Below are positions 21,991 to 35,353 of a stretch of 47,849 nt of DNA, piece by piece. Source of the stretch: Octopus bimaculoides (Eukaryota); NCBI RefSeq assembly GCF_001194135.2, contig NC_069002.1:31400617-31448465 (forward strand), read 5' to 3'. The position numbers were made by a program, and so were the translations under genes. Numbering within the stretch: the first letter of the stretch is position 1; each line of letters opens with the position of its first letter. Under the pieces are notes generated by a model that was not told where the DNA came from, made no database searches, and saw nothing but the letters and a program-made list of their open reading frames with translations.

Positions 21991-23329
21991 AAACTACTGT
22001 TGCTTTTGCACTTAGCCTTGTCGCTATTATTATCATTATCATTATTATTATTATTTATTCCTTGTTATTGTTGTTTTCAATCGATCTTTCAACAGCTAAG
22101 TTTCCATATTTGAGTACAATGCTTGTCATTAACCCCGCAGCACAAGAAAAGGCTTCTGTCAGTTACAGGTAGCCAATGAGGGGCGTTCAACATTGAATTC
22201 GGACATAAAAACAAAAGCGAAACAAAAGACATATAGCTTTTATCTCGTTCGCTGGTGTCTAATGGAAGAAATTTCGTGCAAAAGGAAAAAGAAAAAAAAC
22301 ACCCAACGAATCTCAAGGTCAGAAGGGATGTGAGTTAAAGTGAGGTGGTCGGGGTAGCTGAGGTAGGATGGTTGTGGAGGGTAAAAAGAAACGAAAGGGG
22401 GATAGATAGATAGAGAAAAAAAAAAACTATATTTAGCGACTTTTCGGTACACAGTAGATGGGAAGTCGTGAAATATTCGAGATGGCATTCTACTACTGGA
22501 AATGAATATTGTAAGCAAAAAGCAGCAGCGGCGGCGGCGATTCGGTGGCGGTGTTGGCGATTGTGAAAGCGCTAATGGAAGTGGTGATGGTGGTGATGAT
22601 GATTTTTTCGTGATGGTAGTAGTGGTAATTGAGCGAGAGAGACAGAGAGTAAGAGAGATAGAAAGCAAGAGCGCGCGAGAGAAAGAGTGAATGAGCAAGG
22701 GAGAAAGAGAGAGTGAATAAGCAAGGGAGAAAGTGTGTGTGTGTGTGTGAATGAGTAAGAGAAAGAGAGAGAACATGAATGAGTAAGAGAAAGAGCAAAG
22801 GAGATTGAGAGACTTCAGGGAATGTGTACAAACATGGTGGTGGTGAACCAAATGAGATTAGTGAAATAGTTTGAGAGAAGCTCTGCTCTATGTTCAATGG
22901 ACAGTAAATGCTGTGTATTTATTATGAAAGAGTAATACATACAACCATCTTGGTTGAGGAATGGAGGGAATACAAAAGGGATTTCCCAAAGTATATACAA
23001 TTTAAGTAACATGGGCACTTTAAATTATAGGGGTAAAAGTATATTCTGCTGTCCCAGTGGACATCTTGCAGGAATTGCAATGGTGGGTGATTTTCCCACA
23101 CTGCTGTATGTAAATAAATTTCCTTTATTTCTACTGTGGGGGAACTGGGATTCAAGGCCAGTTCAAGGTACCAACAACTCAGGCAGTCACCTGGGGCACC
23201 ATGTGTTAGGGGACGTCAAAGACAAGGAAATTTCCCTGACTGTCAGCTTGTACACACTGAAGTTCAGCTTGCCCCAGGGCGCCAGCAACCTTAAGGCCAG
23301 CCTTGTTGGGATTGAACTATTAAGAGGAC

Positions 23330-23687
23330 TTAACCCTTTAGCATTTGAACTGGCCATATCCAGGTCAAATATTCTACCTGTTTTATGTTAAAACTGGCCA
23401 GTTCCAGCCTCTCACACCTATCCTACAATGTTAATCTAAGAATAAAACAATTACATCGAAATCTCAAAGCTATGAGACAATGCATGATTAATTGAAAACA
23501 ATATGATCTGGCCCCAAATATTCTGTGTTTCATGTTCAAACTGGCCAGATCCAGCTTCTCATACCTATCCTACAATGTCATTCTAGAAATAAACAATCTT
23601 CAAAATGTTGAAGCTACAAGATACTACAGGATCAATTTTTTAAAATGTGGGCAAATAAGCATTATATTTGATGGATTAAAGAGTTAA
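23330..23687 (+). mobile_element. piggyBac-like MITE family F with an internal duplication
   Basis: TTAA-CCCTTTAGCATT...AAAGAG-TTAA. The segment TTTATGTTCAAACTGGCCAGATCCAGC...CTACAATG occurs twice. Confidence 0.8.
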
Positions 23688-23913
23688 GGTTGTATTAGTA
23701 GGGCCAATCAGGCCTACATTGCAATCCCCTTCTCTCATCCATACAATGTGCACTCCATTTCCCCAGATCTATAATGTGAGCCTCCACTTTTTAGCTTTAC
23801 AATCTGTGTTCCCTTCTCCCAGCTCTATGATGTGCCCCGGGTGGCACACACTCTAGCTATGTTAGTGCTTAAAGGTGTTCAGCAGGGTATCACATTCAGT
23901 AATTTGATACTCC

Positions 23914-24300
23914 CTTAGAAACCTAGATCCAGATGAATGGGTTGTGATGGCTGTACAAGCTATATGCAGAGATGCAGTAAGACAAGAATGAGTACAGTAA
24001 CAAGTTTGACATAAGGAAAAGGAGTCCATCAAGGTTCAGTGTTCAGTCCTCTCCTATTCATCGTAGTCTTAGTCTTACAGAGGAATTTAAGACTGACTGT
24101 CCAAAGGAACTACCATATGCAGGTGATCCAATTCTCTCAACTGAATCTGTAGTGGAATTATAGAGGAACATCCAGGCATGGACGGTAAACTGAGAATCAA
24201 GAGGCCTCAAAGTAAACTTGACATAAAATATGTGTGAATGGAGTTTGCAGAAGAGAGACACCCAAGAAGACATGGGATTAAGTAGTGAAGGCTGATTGCA
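23914..24300 (+). mobile_element. RTE-clade LINE reverse transcriptase relic
   Basis: LRNLDPDEWVVMAVQAICRDA, GVHQGSVFSPLLFIVVL and TEEFKTDCPKELPYAGD (YADD motif decayed), then ESRGLKVNL and a later RxxPKKTWD. Internally deleted. Confidence 0.8.
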
Positions 24301-24443
24301 GGAGGAGACATTTTATAGATATGTGTGTAGAGAAAGAGATAGAGAGACAGACAGACAGACACGCAGATAAATATATAATTGTATATATTATATAGTATAT
24401 AGATATGCATGTGTATATAGATATATTATACATTGTGTGTGTG

Positions 24444-24475
<32 letters not shown>

Positions 24476-24478
<3 letters not shown>

Positions 24479-24580
24479 TCATCATTTAACGTCCGCTTTC
24501 CATGCTAGCATGGGTTGGACGATTTGGCTGAGGACTGGTGAACCAGATGGCTGCACCAGGCTCCAATCTGATTTGGCATA
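24476..24580 (-). mobile_element. SINE-like family C 3' fragment
   Basis: (ATC)n followed by TTTAACGTCCGCTTTCCATGCTAGCATGGG. Confidence 0.85.
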
Positions 24581-24584
24581 TATG

Positions 24585-24970
24585 TTCTTCTATTCTTTTA
24601 CTTGTTTCAGTCATTTGACTGTGGTCATGCTGGAGCACTGCCTTTAGTTGAACGAACGAACGAACTGATCCCCAAACTTATTCTTTGTAAGCCTAGTACT
24701 TATTCTATCTTTCTCTTTTGCTGAACTGCTAAGTTACAGGGACGTAAACATTGGTTGTCAAGCGATGGTGTGGGGACAAACACAGACGCACAAACACACA
24801 CACATATATACAACAGGCTTTCAGTTTCTGTCTACCAAATCCTGTCAAAAGGCTTTGGTCAGCCTGAGGCTATAGTAGAAGACACTTGCCCAAGGTGCCA
24901 TGCAGTGGGACTGAACCCAGGACCATGTGGTTGGTAAGCAAGCTACTTACCACACAGCCACTCCTGTGCC
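24585..24970 (-). mobile_element. SINE family A, full length
   Basis: Reverse complement is colinear with 30418-30822. Confidence 0.88.
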
Positions 24971-26784
24971 TATATACATATACATATATATATATATAAA
25001 TATATTATATAGTATATATATACATGTGCATAAATATATATTATATAACCACATATTTATAGACATGCATATTTATATACATATATACATACATGTATAC
25101 ACACATGCATATATACATAGATGAGATTACTCTAAGCCAAGTTCCCTTGCAATTGTTTTTCTTGAAGTATGGCATAAGTGGTACCTTTTCCTCGCAGAAG
25201 GCTAAACTGTATCTCTTCCAGGCTAATTAGGAACAGAATTAATTGCACCATAATCTTTCCAAAACTGTCGTAACCTTTGTGCAGCAATTGCAACACTCTA
25301 TAATTATCTCTCTTTATTACATCTCATTTGCCCTTGTAGCAGATTATCAATAATACAGCTATGTGTTATATATCATTACCATTTTGTGTCTGCTTCTCAT
25401 GCTGGCATGTGTTGGACAGGTCAGCAGAGTTTGAATCCGTTCTTATTCAGACTCACTGCTCTTCAAGATGTGATATTGCCATGCACTGCTTCGACATTTC
25501 ATTCTGGCATGGTTATATCAGTGGATACCCTTCCTAATGCCAACCATTTTACTGACTGCACTCAACCAATTTTATCATGGCGCCAGCACTAGAGATGTCA
25601 TCATGGTTTTAACAAAATTAAGGAATCTTCTTAACTCTACAATGTATCACCTTGTTTGTATACCATGTTACAAAGTATATTGCTGGAATATTTGTTCATA
25701 TTTTTGTGTTCTGGGTTTGGAAGAAATGGAAGTGCTCATGGCTTTCATAGGGATCTCCATCTCCCATGCAGATTGGTGAGATTGATGCTGTTAAAGTTCC
25801 TTTGTAAGTCAACAGTAGAGGGGGAAGAATATGAACAGGAAGGGAATTCCAGACAGAAAGTGGAGATCCTTACTGCCTTCCATAGTCTTTGTTTGTTCAG
25901 CACAGTATGATCAATTGAGTGAATGAAGAGAGGGCAAAGGCAGAAGATGAATGAGAGAAAGTATGACAGGAAAACTGAATGGTATGGTTTATAGTAAAGA
26001 AAAGAGATGAGAAAGACACAGTGATGCAGATAGAGTGTATGCCACTTGGAGCAACTCTTGAGTCTCTAAGCCTATACAGGCTTATTATACAGTAGACCCA
26101 AAAATGCTACCCCATAAAAAGTGTCACCCAGAACAGACTGCCTCTGTTTCCCCAGTTTCGCTGTTGGAAAGACAGAGCTAGAAGAGCAATGAAGATAAAC
26201 AGTAAAGATAGGATATAACATGTAAAACTATAACAGTATTGGGTAATGGAAGAGATACACTGATGGCAACAGCATGTGTGCAGGTTAAAAAGAGAGTGTG
26301 CTGGATAATCATTGAAATGATCAGTGGTGAGAAAGTATAAGTAGTGGGTTAGTTGGAGTGAGTAACTGGTTGGTAGCATTATAAACAGGAGTGGTAATGT
26401 GAGCTGATAAGAACACCAAATGATAAAATATTTGGCTGAACTTTCAACTTCAAAATTTTTAGATATATTAATTAGTGGTAAAATTCCTATTTAATTTAAT
26501 TCTAATCTTCTTTATATTGTTAATCAATGAGAAAATGATAGTGATATAATTGTGTCTAGAATTATTATAATAACGAACAAAAATATTAACAGGAAAAAGA
26601 CATATTGTTCATAAAGAGTAGTACAATCGGCCATTGTAAAATTAGCAGCTTTATTATATAACATCATTGTTCTATATTTATTTGAAGGATACTTGACTTT
26701 GTTCATGAAATAAACGAAAAATTAGGATAAGAAAAACAATGAAAGAGAATAAATAAAAGATGGAGAAAATAGATTATTAACACA

Positions 26785-26963
26785 TTAACCATTCGGATTA
26801 TGCTGTCCAATGTAATCCATATTTATTCAAACTGTTTTGAATAAATTATGGCATTAGAATAGTATTGTAGGGTAGGTATGAGAGGCTGGATCTTGTCAGT
26901 TTGAACATAAAACAGGTGGAATATTTAGGCCAGATAAGGCTGGTTTAAATGCTAAATGGTTAA
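26785..26963 (-). mobile_element. piggyBac-like MITE family F
   Basis: TTAA at both ends (26785-26788 and 26960-26963), reverse complement of family F. Confidence 0.75.
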
Positions 26964-27302
26964 ACAAGCAATCAGTTAGTTAATATTTAACCAACCGACT
27001 ACTAACAAAGAAGTGGAATTGAACCTGTGTATATCTTGTTATTATTGGTATAATGGCTGTCCCAAGACACAACCAAATCGTAGGTAATTTCATTATCAAA
27101 AACGACAAGAAAATGTGAAATAGATATGATGATGGATGGATGACCGGAAGAGAGTGATGATGGTCTGTTAATAAAAGAGTGATCTGAAGGAGAGGAAGTG
27201 GTGGTGGGCAACAAAGGAGGGGCATCAGCTGGGAAGATCCAATGCAGAATGTCATTGGTCAGGCATTGGTCAAGAAACACTAGCGACAACTTTAGAAAAG
27301 GA

Positions 27303-27462
27303 GCACTCCGTCGGTTACGACAACGAGGGTCTCAGCTGATACAATCAACGGAACAGCCTGCTCATGAAATTAACGTGCAAGTGGCTGAGCACTCCACAGA
27401 CACGTGTACCCATAACGTAGTTCTCAGGGAGATCCAACGTGACACAGAGTGTGACAAGGCCG
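27303..27462 (-). mobile_element. SINE family D 3' fragment
   Basis: Matches 44323-44480 and the reverse complement of 45650-45810. Confidence 0.85.
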
Positions 27463-27860
27463 GTGATGGGTAGTTTTATAGAAATGGTCAGAGATACTGG
27501 TATGGTAGGTGACATGGTGCAGCAGAAAATTAGAAAGAGGTTGAGAGATGAAAATGAAAGGGGCCTCAAGTAATCAAGAGGTGGTGGAGGAGGAGAAGAT
27601 GGCAGATGGAGACCTTAGCAGGAAACAAACTAGATGAATTGTGAATATTACACCTTAACCACTAATCTATGAAAGTGGTGACGAGGGGGGGGGGCTGATA
27701 AAGAGATGACGGACAGGAATGTGGAGGAGTGGTAAGAGAGAGAAAATGGGTGCAATGTATAGGATTCCATCAAATTTAATGCAACTCACATTATTGAAGT
27801 ATTATGACAGGAGAGACAGACAGACAGACAGACAGGAGAGACAGACAGACAGCTACATGT

Positions 27861-28296
27861 TTAACTGTTTAGCATTGAGCTTACTCTGTCAAGTGTTATG
27901 TTTGTTTGTTCAGATTGTTTTGAATTAATCATGCATTACCTTGCAGCTTTTTGAGATTTCAATGATTACGATTGTTTAGTTTTGTATGACAGCGAAGGGT
28001 AGATACGAGAGGCTGAATTTGGCTGGTTTGAACATAAAACAAGTAGAATATATCTGGGCTGGATCTGGCTAGTTTAAGCCTTTAGCATTCAGATTCCTCT
28101 GTCAAATGTAATTCTTATTTATTCACATTGTTTTGTAGTAATTTTTGCATTAATACCTTGCAGCTTTGAGATTCCAATCATGTGATTATTTATTTATAGA
28201 ATGACTACATAGGAGAGGTGTGAGAGGCCAGATCTGGCTAGTGTGAGCATAAAACAGGTTGAATATTTGGAACGGATATGGCCAGTTTAAATGCTG
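27861..28296 (-). mobile_element. Two head-to-tail copies of MITE family F
   Basis: The family F body occurs twice, joined near 28075 at TTTAA-GCCTTTAGCATT. Confidence 0.75.
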
Positions 28297-28446
28297 AAGT
28301 GTGAGCATGTTTGCTGGTGAATGATAGAGAGTGAAAGAGAGGATGTGACAGATGCCAATAAAGAATGAATGAAGAGGAGATGGGGTGGAGGTGACCAACA
28401 TAGAAGGGTGATGTTAGCTGTGTCACTGGGGCGGATTTATATATAT

Positions 28447-28728
28447 ACTAGCAGTATAACCCAACGTTGTCCGGGTGTGACTTATTATGCCATCTACGAT
28501 AAGTCTTGCTAGGTGAAAATCAACTAAAAAAGAAAGCCTTACAAAAGCCAAATCTCCTTTACACAAAGTAAACGGAATTTTAAAAATCTAATTACTGCAC
28601 TGGAAAGTTCACATCGAGAAAATTCCATTGATGTAAAAATTTCCACGATAAAGTGGAAAATGTGGATTTCTATGAACTTTTAAAAAGGCTACACACAGAC
28701 ATACAACTTCAGCTTTATATATTAAGAT
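28447..28728 (+). mobile_element. Non-autonomous Helitron-like element (Lep1/HINE type)
   Basis: 5' ACTAGCAGTATAACCC...CCGGG and 3' ACAGACATACAACTTCAGCTTTATATATTAAGAT. A similar 3' end lies near 33960-34040. Confidence 0.5.
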
Positions 28729-28734
28729 TTTGGA

Positions 28735-28975
28735 AACAAGGTATGGCTGGGAACAAGAACAGCATCCAGCTGTAGAAAATCTGCCTCAACAAATTCTGTC
28801 TGACCCATGAAAGCATGGAAAAATTGATGTTATGATGATGATGATGAGGATATAACATTCGTTCAATCATCAGTTTGACATCCACCTTTCTATGCCAGTG
28901 TGAGTTAAGACAAGGTTTATTATGATAATATCTCAACGGCTGGATGCCCTTCCTGTTACCAACCCTCACTTTTTC
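28735..28975. mobile_element. Two degenerate family C copies tail-to-tail
   Basis: GCATCCAGCTGTAGAAAATCTG...(GAT)n on the plus strand, then GCTGGATGCCCTTCCTGTTACCAACC on the minus strand. Confidence 0.6.
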
Positions 28976-29337
28976 CCAACTAAGATACTATTTCCAGCTA
29001 AGTCTTTCAAACAGTAAACCACCCAATATTAATGGCTAGACACGTTTTTGAAGCAGATGTATGCAAGTACACCATCTGTACAGGGACAGGTTTAACACAC
29101 CAAATAAACAATATCAATGAAAAGATACCCACACTATTTGAACATCTGCATTTCCATATTTGTATAGGGGTCAGACAGGGCTTACAGAGGCTGATTCTTC
29201 TACGACTTGATGTCCCTTCTTGTCAGCAAACAGTACCAGTTTCCTAATAAAGTAATATCTTCCCATGGCCAGACATGTTCTCGCAGAATATTGGAACTGA
29301 AGCAGTACTGGACTACTTGTAACACAATCCTTTCTAC

Positions 29338-29540
29338 TAAAGGCACAAGGCCTGAAATTTTCAGGGAGGGGTTAAGTCAATTACATCGAACCAGTATTCA
29401 ACTGGTACTTAGTTTATCGACCCCAAAAGGATGAATGGCAAAGTTGACCTTGGCGGAATTTGAACTCGGAACGTAGCGAGAGGCGAAATACCGCTAAGCA
29501 TTTTGCCCGGCGTGCTAACGGTTCTGCCAGCTCACCACCT
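29338..29540 (-). mobile_element. tRNA-derived SINE family B (tail type 1)
   Basis: B box GAGTTCAAATTCC, a central GGTC(A/G)ACTTTGCC...TCATCCTTT...GGTCGATAAA domain and a CCTTGTGCC tail. Confidence 0.8.
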
Positions 29541-29650
29541 TCTACTTGTAAGATAAATGAAAATTGTTTACAACTGTCATGCTATGACAAGACAAGGAGA
29601 CGCACACACACACTCACTCACACGTTAGGCTTCTTTCAGTTTCTTATTTT

Positions 29651-29879
29651 TTTACTGCCCACAAGGGGCTAAACACAGAGGGGACAAACAAGGACAGACA
29701 AAGGGATTAAGTCGATTACATCGACACCAGTGCGTAACTGGTACTTAATTTATCGACCCCCGAAAGGATGAAAGGCAAAGTCGACCTCGGCGGAATTTGA
29801 ACTCAGAATGTAACGGCAGACGAAATACCGCTAAGCATTTTGCCTGGCATGCTAACAATTCTGCCGGCTCGCCGCCCTT
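29651..29879 (-). mobile_element. tRNA-derived SINE family B (tail type 2)
   Basis: Same head and central domain as 29338-29540, with a different tail (GTCCTTGTTTGTCCCCTCTGTGTTTAGCCCCTTGTGGG). Confidence 0.85.
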
Positions 29880-30417
29880 CTTTCAATTTCTGTTTACCAA
29901 ATCTATTCACAAGGCTTTGGTCACTCCAGGGCTATAGATGACAGATACCCAACATGCCATGAAGTAGGACCGAACCTAAAACCATGTGGTTGGGAAGCAA
30001 GCTTTTTATATATTACATACATATATATGGCTTACTTGTATTAGGTTTCTGTCAACCAGTTCCACTCACAAGGTATTGGTCAGCCAAAAACTGGAGCACA
30101 TGGTACTTAACTATAGTACCGTCTGATAGGAATAAACCTAAAACTACAAGGTTGAAAGTGAACAGGTTAACCACAAAGCAAAATATATAGTGGGGGGTGA
30201 TTATTGCTGCACTCAGTTAAATGTAGTGGTTGCATGGATAATGAGGGGAGAAGTGTGCAGCAATGAAAGCCAAAAGAACTGTGAAAGCATCACTGCTCCT
30301 TGGAATGTTAGAGGAAATCATAGAGATAGAAAGTGCTGAAATCTTTATGACTTCTAGCTAACAACAGATGAAGAGAGTGTCTGAGAGTGCAAGTTGTATG
30401 TAATTATATATATATAT

Positions 30418-30822
30418 AGGCGTAGGAGTGGCTGTGTGGGAAGTAGCTTGCTTACTAACTCCATGGTTCCGAGTTCAGTCTCACTGCGTGGCACCTTGAG
30501 CAAGTGTCTTCTACTATAGCCTCGGGCCGACTAAAGCCATGTGAATGGATTTGGTAGACGGAAACTGAAAGAAGCCCGTCATATATATGTATGTGTGTGT
30601 ATATGTTTGTGTGTCTGTATTTGTCCCCCCCCCCCGACTTCGCTTGACAACCGTTGCTGGTGTGTTTACGTCCCTGTAACTTAGCAGTTCGGCAAAAAGA
30701 GACCGATAGAATAAGTACTAGGCTTACAAAGAATAAGTCCTGGGGTCGATCTGCTCGACTAAAGGCGGTGCCCCAGCATGGCCGCAGTCAAAAGACTGAA
30801 ACAAGTAAAAGAGTAAAAGAGA
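30418..30822 (+). mobile_element. SINE family A, full length reference copy
   Basis: A-box-like TGGCTGTGTGG, B-box-like GAGTTCAGTC, GGCACCTTGAGCAAGTG and a (GTAAAAGA)n tail. Confidence 0.9.
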
Positions 30823-32174
30823 TACACTTAGTAATATGGTTGGTATTAGGAAGGACATGCAGCTGCAGAAATCATGCCAAAAGAGACAGTGGAGCTTGGT
30901 GCAGTTGTCTACTATCCAAACCATACCAGCATGGAAAATGGATGTCAAATGATGAGATAAAAATCTTCTGTGGAAGAGTGTAGTCTCAAAACGTCAGTGT
31001 CAAACTAACACACCTGTTCGTTGTTTCCTCACCTGTCTCGGTCTTTTGTTTCCTATACATTTGAACCATTATTTTATGATTGCTTACAGGGTTGTTAAAT
31101 GGCTCAGCCTGTACATTGGTCCAAGAACTGCATAATCAAAGAGGGACGTTATGTATATCTGACAAGCTCTCCCTCCAAGCCCACCCACCACCAATCCCAA
31201 AACTCCTTCTCATTTCAAAAGAACATTCTCTTAGGTTTGAAAGCATTTTTATTTCAACTCACAATATTTCTTCCAAAGGTCGCAAAGATGTGTGTGTGTG
31301 TAAAAAAAAAAAACTGCATTTTTGGTTCTTCCTAAACATCAGGTCTTGACCTCAGGTTTTGTGTGTGCCACCTCAAAGAGAACAGCGATAATTTTCTGAA
31401 ATAAAGATCAGATTATGTTATAATGCTTTCAATGTATTTAGAGAAGGCCATTTGCTTGGCTGATATAGTTTTTGTAAGGTAGTGAATATTTGTAAAAAAT
31501 ATATTTTATCTCAAAGTCAAAAATGCAGTTAAAACACCTCATTTTGCCCCACCTCGTAGTCAAACTCACTCTGAACCAACGAGTGTCTACGAGGTTGCTT
31601 AGCCAGTTAGAAATAAATAGATCTTTCGAATTACAACAAATGGTCTTCAAAACGAAAGATACCACATTAAACAATGCTTCTATTGATATGGGATGCTTGA
31701 GAGAATACGTATGACATGGCTACAACAGTTTTGAATAGAGAAAACTGCTTGCTCTCAGTCACAGCCAGATCAATGGCAAAAACAACAGCCCATTTAAAGA
31801 TGCAAAAAAAAAAAAAGAAGAAGAATTCAATACATAGTGAATGACAGTCATTGCAGGTCAATCGACTTCCCGGTTCCTCTTGTCTAAGAACAATTATTAA
31901 TATCAGCAAATTTTCGTTGTTGTTATTGTTGTGTCTACTTACTTGTTATTCTCCTCGACCAAGTCAACATTTCCCCCACCTTTCAAATATAAAATGCTAA
32001 TACAATAGTGCTTTTTTCACTAGAGTTGTTTTAAAATAGCTGGAGTTTAGTGTGTGAATGAATGAATGAATGTCTTCACCTGCTATTTAACTTAATTAGG
32101 TTCACGACACTCAAAATACTCCGTTTGATTTTCCTAAACAGAAAAAGCAAAATACTTATCTCTAAATATTAGTA

Positions 32175-32360
32175 GATACCACCAACACTTGACAACCGGT
32201 CTTGGTTGGTTTACGTCTTTGTAACTTAACGGTTCCGGTAAAAAGAACGATAAAATAAGTACCGGGCTTTAAAAAAAATATTGGGGTCCATTTGTTCGAC
32301 TAAAATACCCTCCAAGGCGGTGCCCCAATCTGACCGTAGTCTAATGACTAAAATAATTAA
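32175..32360 (+). mobile_element. SINE family A 3' fragment
   Basis: CTTGACAACCGG, GTAACTTAACGGTTC and AAGGCGGTGCCCCA. Confidence 0.7.
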
Positions 32361-34074
32361 AAAGCAGGACATATGATATTAAAATATTAGGATGTCAGAT
32401 AAATTCATTGTTTTGTTGGTTTTTTTCACTTATTTTAATTTTTTTTTTAATGTTATTCGAATTAACACGAAAAATATTTTCATCGTAGTTTACGGAAGTG
32501 TTTTTGTACTATTTTCATTCTCTTACTTTTTGTCGTTTTTTTTTTTTATAATTTGAATAAACTTGGCCTATTTTCACACACGTGACGCAGAGTAATGTAC
32601 CAGATAAAAAAAATAATAATAAAACGAACAAGTTGATCTGACAACTCAATATATAATGAACTATCAAATTCACCCAAAATCAGGCATNNNNNNNNNNNNN
32701 NNNNNNNNNNNNNNNNNNNNNNNNNNNNNNNNNNNNNNNNNNNNNNNNNNNNNNNNNNNNNNNNNNNNNNNNNNNNNNNNNNNNNNNNNNNNNNNNNNNN
32801 NNNNNNNNNNNNNNNNNNNNNNNNNNNNNNNNNNNNNNNNNNNNNNNNNNNNNNNNNNNNNNNNNNNNNNNNNNNNNNNNNNNNNNNNNNNNNNNNNNNN
32901 NNNNNNNNNNNNNNNNNNNNNNNNNNNNNNNNNNNNNNNNNNNNNNNNNNNNNNNNNNNNNNNNNNNNNNNNNNNNNNNNNNNNNNNNNNNNNNNNNNNN
33001 NNNNNNNNNNNNNNNNNNNNNNNNNNNNNNNNNNNNNNNNNNNNNNNNNNNNNNNNNNNNNNNNNNNNNNNNNNNNNNNNNNNNNNNNNNNNNNNNNNNN
33101 NNNNNNNNNNNNNNNNNNNNNNNNNNNNNNNNNNNNNNNNNNNNNNNNNNNNNNNNNNNNNNNNNNNNNNNNNNNNNNNNNNNNNNNNNNNNNNNNNNNN
33201 NNNNNNNNNNNNNNNNNNNNNNNNNNNNNNNNNNNNNNNNNNNNNNNNNNNNNNNNNNNNNNNNNNNNNNNNNNNNNNNNNNNNNNNNNNNNNTATATAT
33301 ATATACATATATGCCTATATCTGTACAGGACGTCACGAAACGTAAACAACATGAAATACGAAGACAAACTTTTGTATGCGAACAACGAAAGAAACAAATG
33401 GAAAACAAGACAAGTAACATAAAGAACGACCCTTCAGCAGTTGTCGACTGTTTATCTATTCCACATTTCGAGCAATTCACGACAATATATACCCCCCGCG
33501 AGCTAAAATAAAATTTGGGATTTGCGGAGGGTCAAAGTTGGTAACAACAACAGGACAGTGAAAACAAACAGTAATGGCCGCTAAGTCATACGAAGTAAGG
33601 TGGCGACCGCTGGAGGAACATTCTTTGAAAGGAGAAAAGATAAGAGAGGAGACAGACAAGAATACGTATGGTCTGTGCGACAGACCAAAATATATGTATG
33701 TATGCATGTCTGTATATATGTGTGTGTGTGTGTGTGTGCCTTAATAATTTCACTATTAATAATTTCACTATGCATATATTATATACAAAGTGGAAGTATT
33801 GATAGTGAAACTATTAAATCTGAAACTATTATTTCACATTACAATAGAGATGTTATTGTTTCACTTTTGACACAATACCGAAACAGTCTAAGAAATTGCT
33901 TTGGATTCGCATTAGGCTGAAATTTTTTTTGGCCTAGTGTATGTGTAAAATTTAAATGGAATTGGTTGGGTAGTTCTCGAGTTTTAGTGACGCACACATA
34001 CAGACACACACACATATTCTCAGTTTTATATATATATAGTTATATATAGGGTGTGAGTTTATGTATCTACGTGT

Positions 34075-34275
34075 GTACATCCTTCTGTTTTTCTTCCATC
34101 ACCACTTGATAACTGGTGTTGGTTTGTTTACGCCCCCGTGACTAGCGGCTCGTCAAAAGAGAATTACAGAATAAGTATCAGGTTTAAAAAAGACAAGTAC
34201 CAGGGGTCATTTGTTTGACTAAAAGCCTTAAAGGCTGTAATCCAATGACTGAAACAAGGAAGAGATAAAAAGATG
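34075..34275 (+). mobile_element. SINE family A 3' fragment
   Basis: CTTGATAACTGGTGTTGGTTTGTTTACG...GACTGAAACAAG. Confidence 0.7.
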
Positions 34276-34923
34276 TACTCAAAACAATTCTGAACAAATC
34301 TTTGCATAAGACGGTTTTTTTTTTGGGGGGGGGGNNNNNNNNNNNNNNNNNNNNNNNNNNNNNNNNNNNNNNNNNNNNNNNNNNNNNNNNNNNNNNNNNG
34401 GGATCTTTTTCTCTCATATCTGCTGTTTCCAAATCTTCAATCCCTTTCTTACTTTCTTCCTCTCATTAAATTTTAATCTGACGATTATTTGGTCAGTCAG
34501 TTCATAATTCTTTCCACAAATAGAATTGAAAGATAACTAAAGAAAAAACTTATACTTTTGTTCTTAATTTTTAGTGTTTCAATACAAGTACTTATATACG
34601 TTCGATTCTCATCCAGGTCTATTTCTTTTTTCCATTCCTCAGTGAGTTACGCTGTCCAGAAAGTAAATACAAAGTTTTTTTTATGTATCTACATAATTGG
34701 ATTTAGATTAAGCGGCATACCTACACAAGTGTACCCCAACCGAATTTGTTTCAGAAAAATGGATATTTTTCTAGTGAATGGATATTTTTTCAGGTACTGT
34801 ACGATTATATCGGAATTTAATGTCGAAAAAAAAAAAAAAAATTATAACATCACATAATTCTTTGCAAAATTTCCAGTTTCATTTTATGGGTATTTTTTAT
34901 GATGTCTCAGTATGTATGTGTGC

Positions 34924-35110
34924 GCAGAATCGTTAGCATGCCGGGCGAAATGCTTAGAGACATTTCTTCCGTCATTATGTTTCTGAGTTCAAATTTCGCC
35001 GAGTAACTCCTTTCATCCTTTCGGAGGTCGATAAAATAACAGTCAAGCACTGGGTCGATGTAATCGATTTGATCCTCTCCCCCAAAATTCCAGACTTTGT
35101 GCCTATTAGT
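34924..35110 (+). mobile_element. SINE family B
   Basis: GCAGAATCGTTAGCATGCCGGGCGAAATGCTTAG...GAGTTCAAAT. Confidence 0.8.
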
Positions 35111-35268
35111 AGAAATGCTTCATTTTCATGTTATTTACTGTGTACACGATTTGAAAACCCCCTGTATCGTCTTGTGTTGTCATTTATGTTTGTGTCATGT
35201 CCTTTAATGTATCTTTATATTAGCCCTTGTGGCCAATAAAAGAATGAATTATTATTATTATTATTATT

Positions 35269-35353
35269 GACGGAAGTAAAGAATACGTACACCCGGTGGT
35301 TAGGGTTTTTGTTACGCCAAAAACCGGTGGTGTACGTATTCTTTACCTTCGCC
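35269..35353. mobile_element. Second copy of the 91-bp hairpin MITE, within a (TTA)n tract
   Basis: Reverse complement of 6173-6263. Flanks ATTATTATT and ATTATCATT are compatible with a 9-bp TSD. Confidence 0.85.

Noticed and set aside
22313-22321. Perfect TCAAGGTCA (ERR/FTZ-F1) site
   Set aside because: A 9-mer has a substantial chance of occurring once in 48 kb, and there is no supporting context.
30965-31075. Possible Penelope end with a hammerhead-like GGAAGAG...CTCAAAAC
   Set aside because: Both CUGANGA and GAAA are absent, so it cannot be called a ribozyme.
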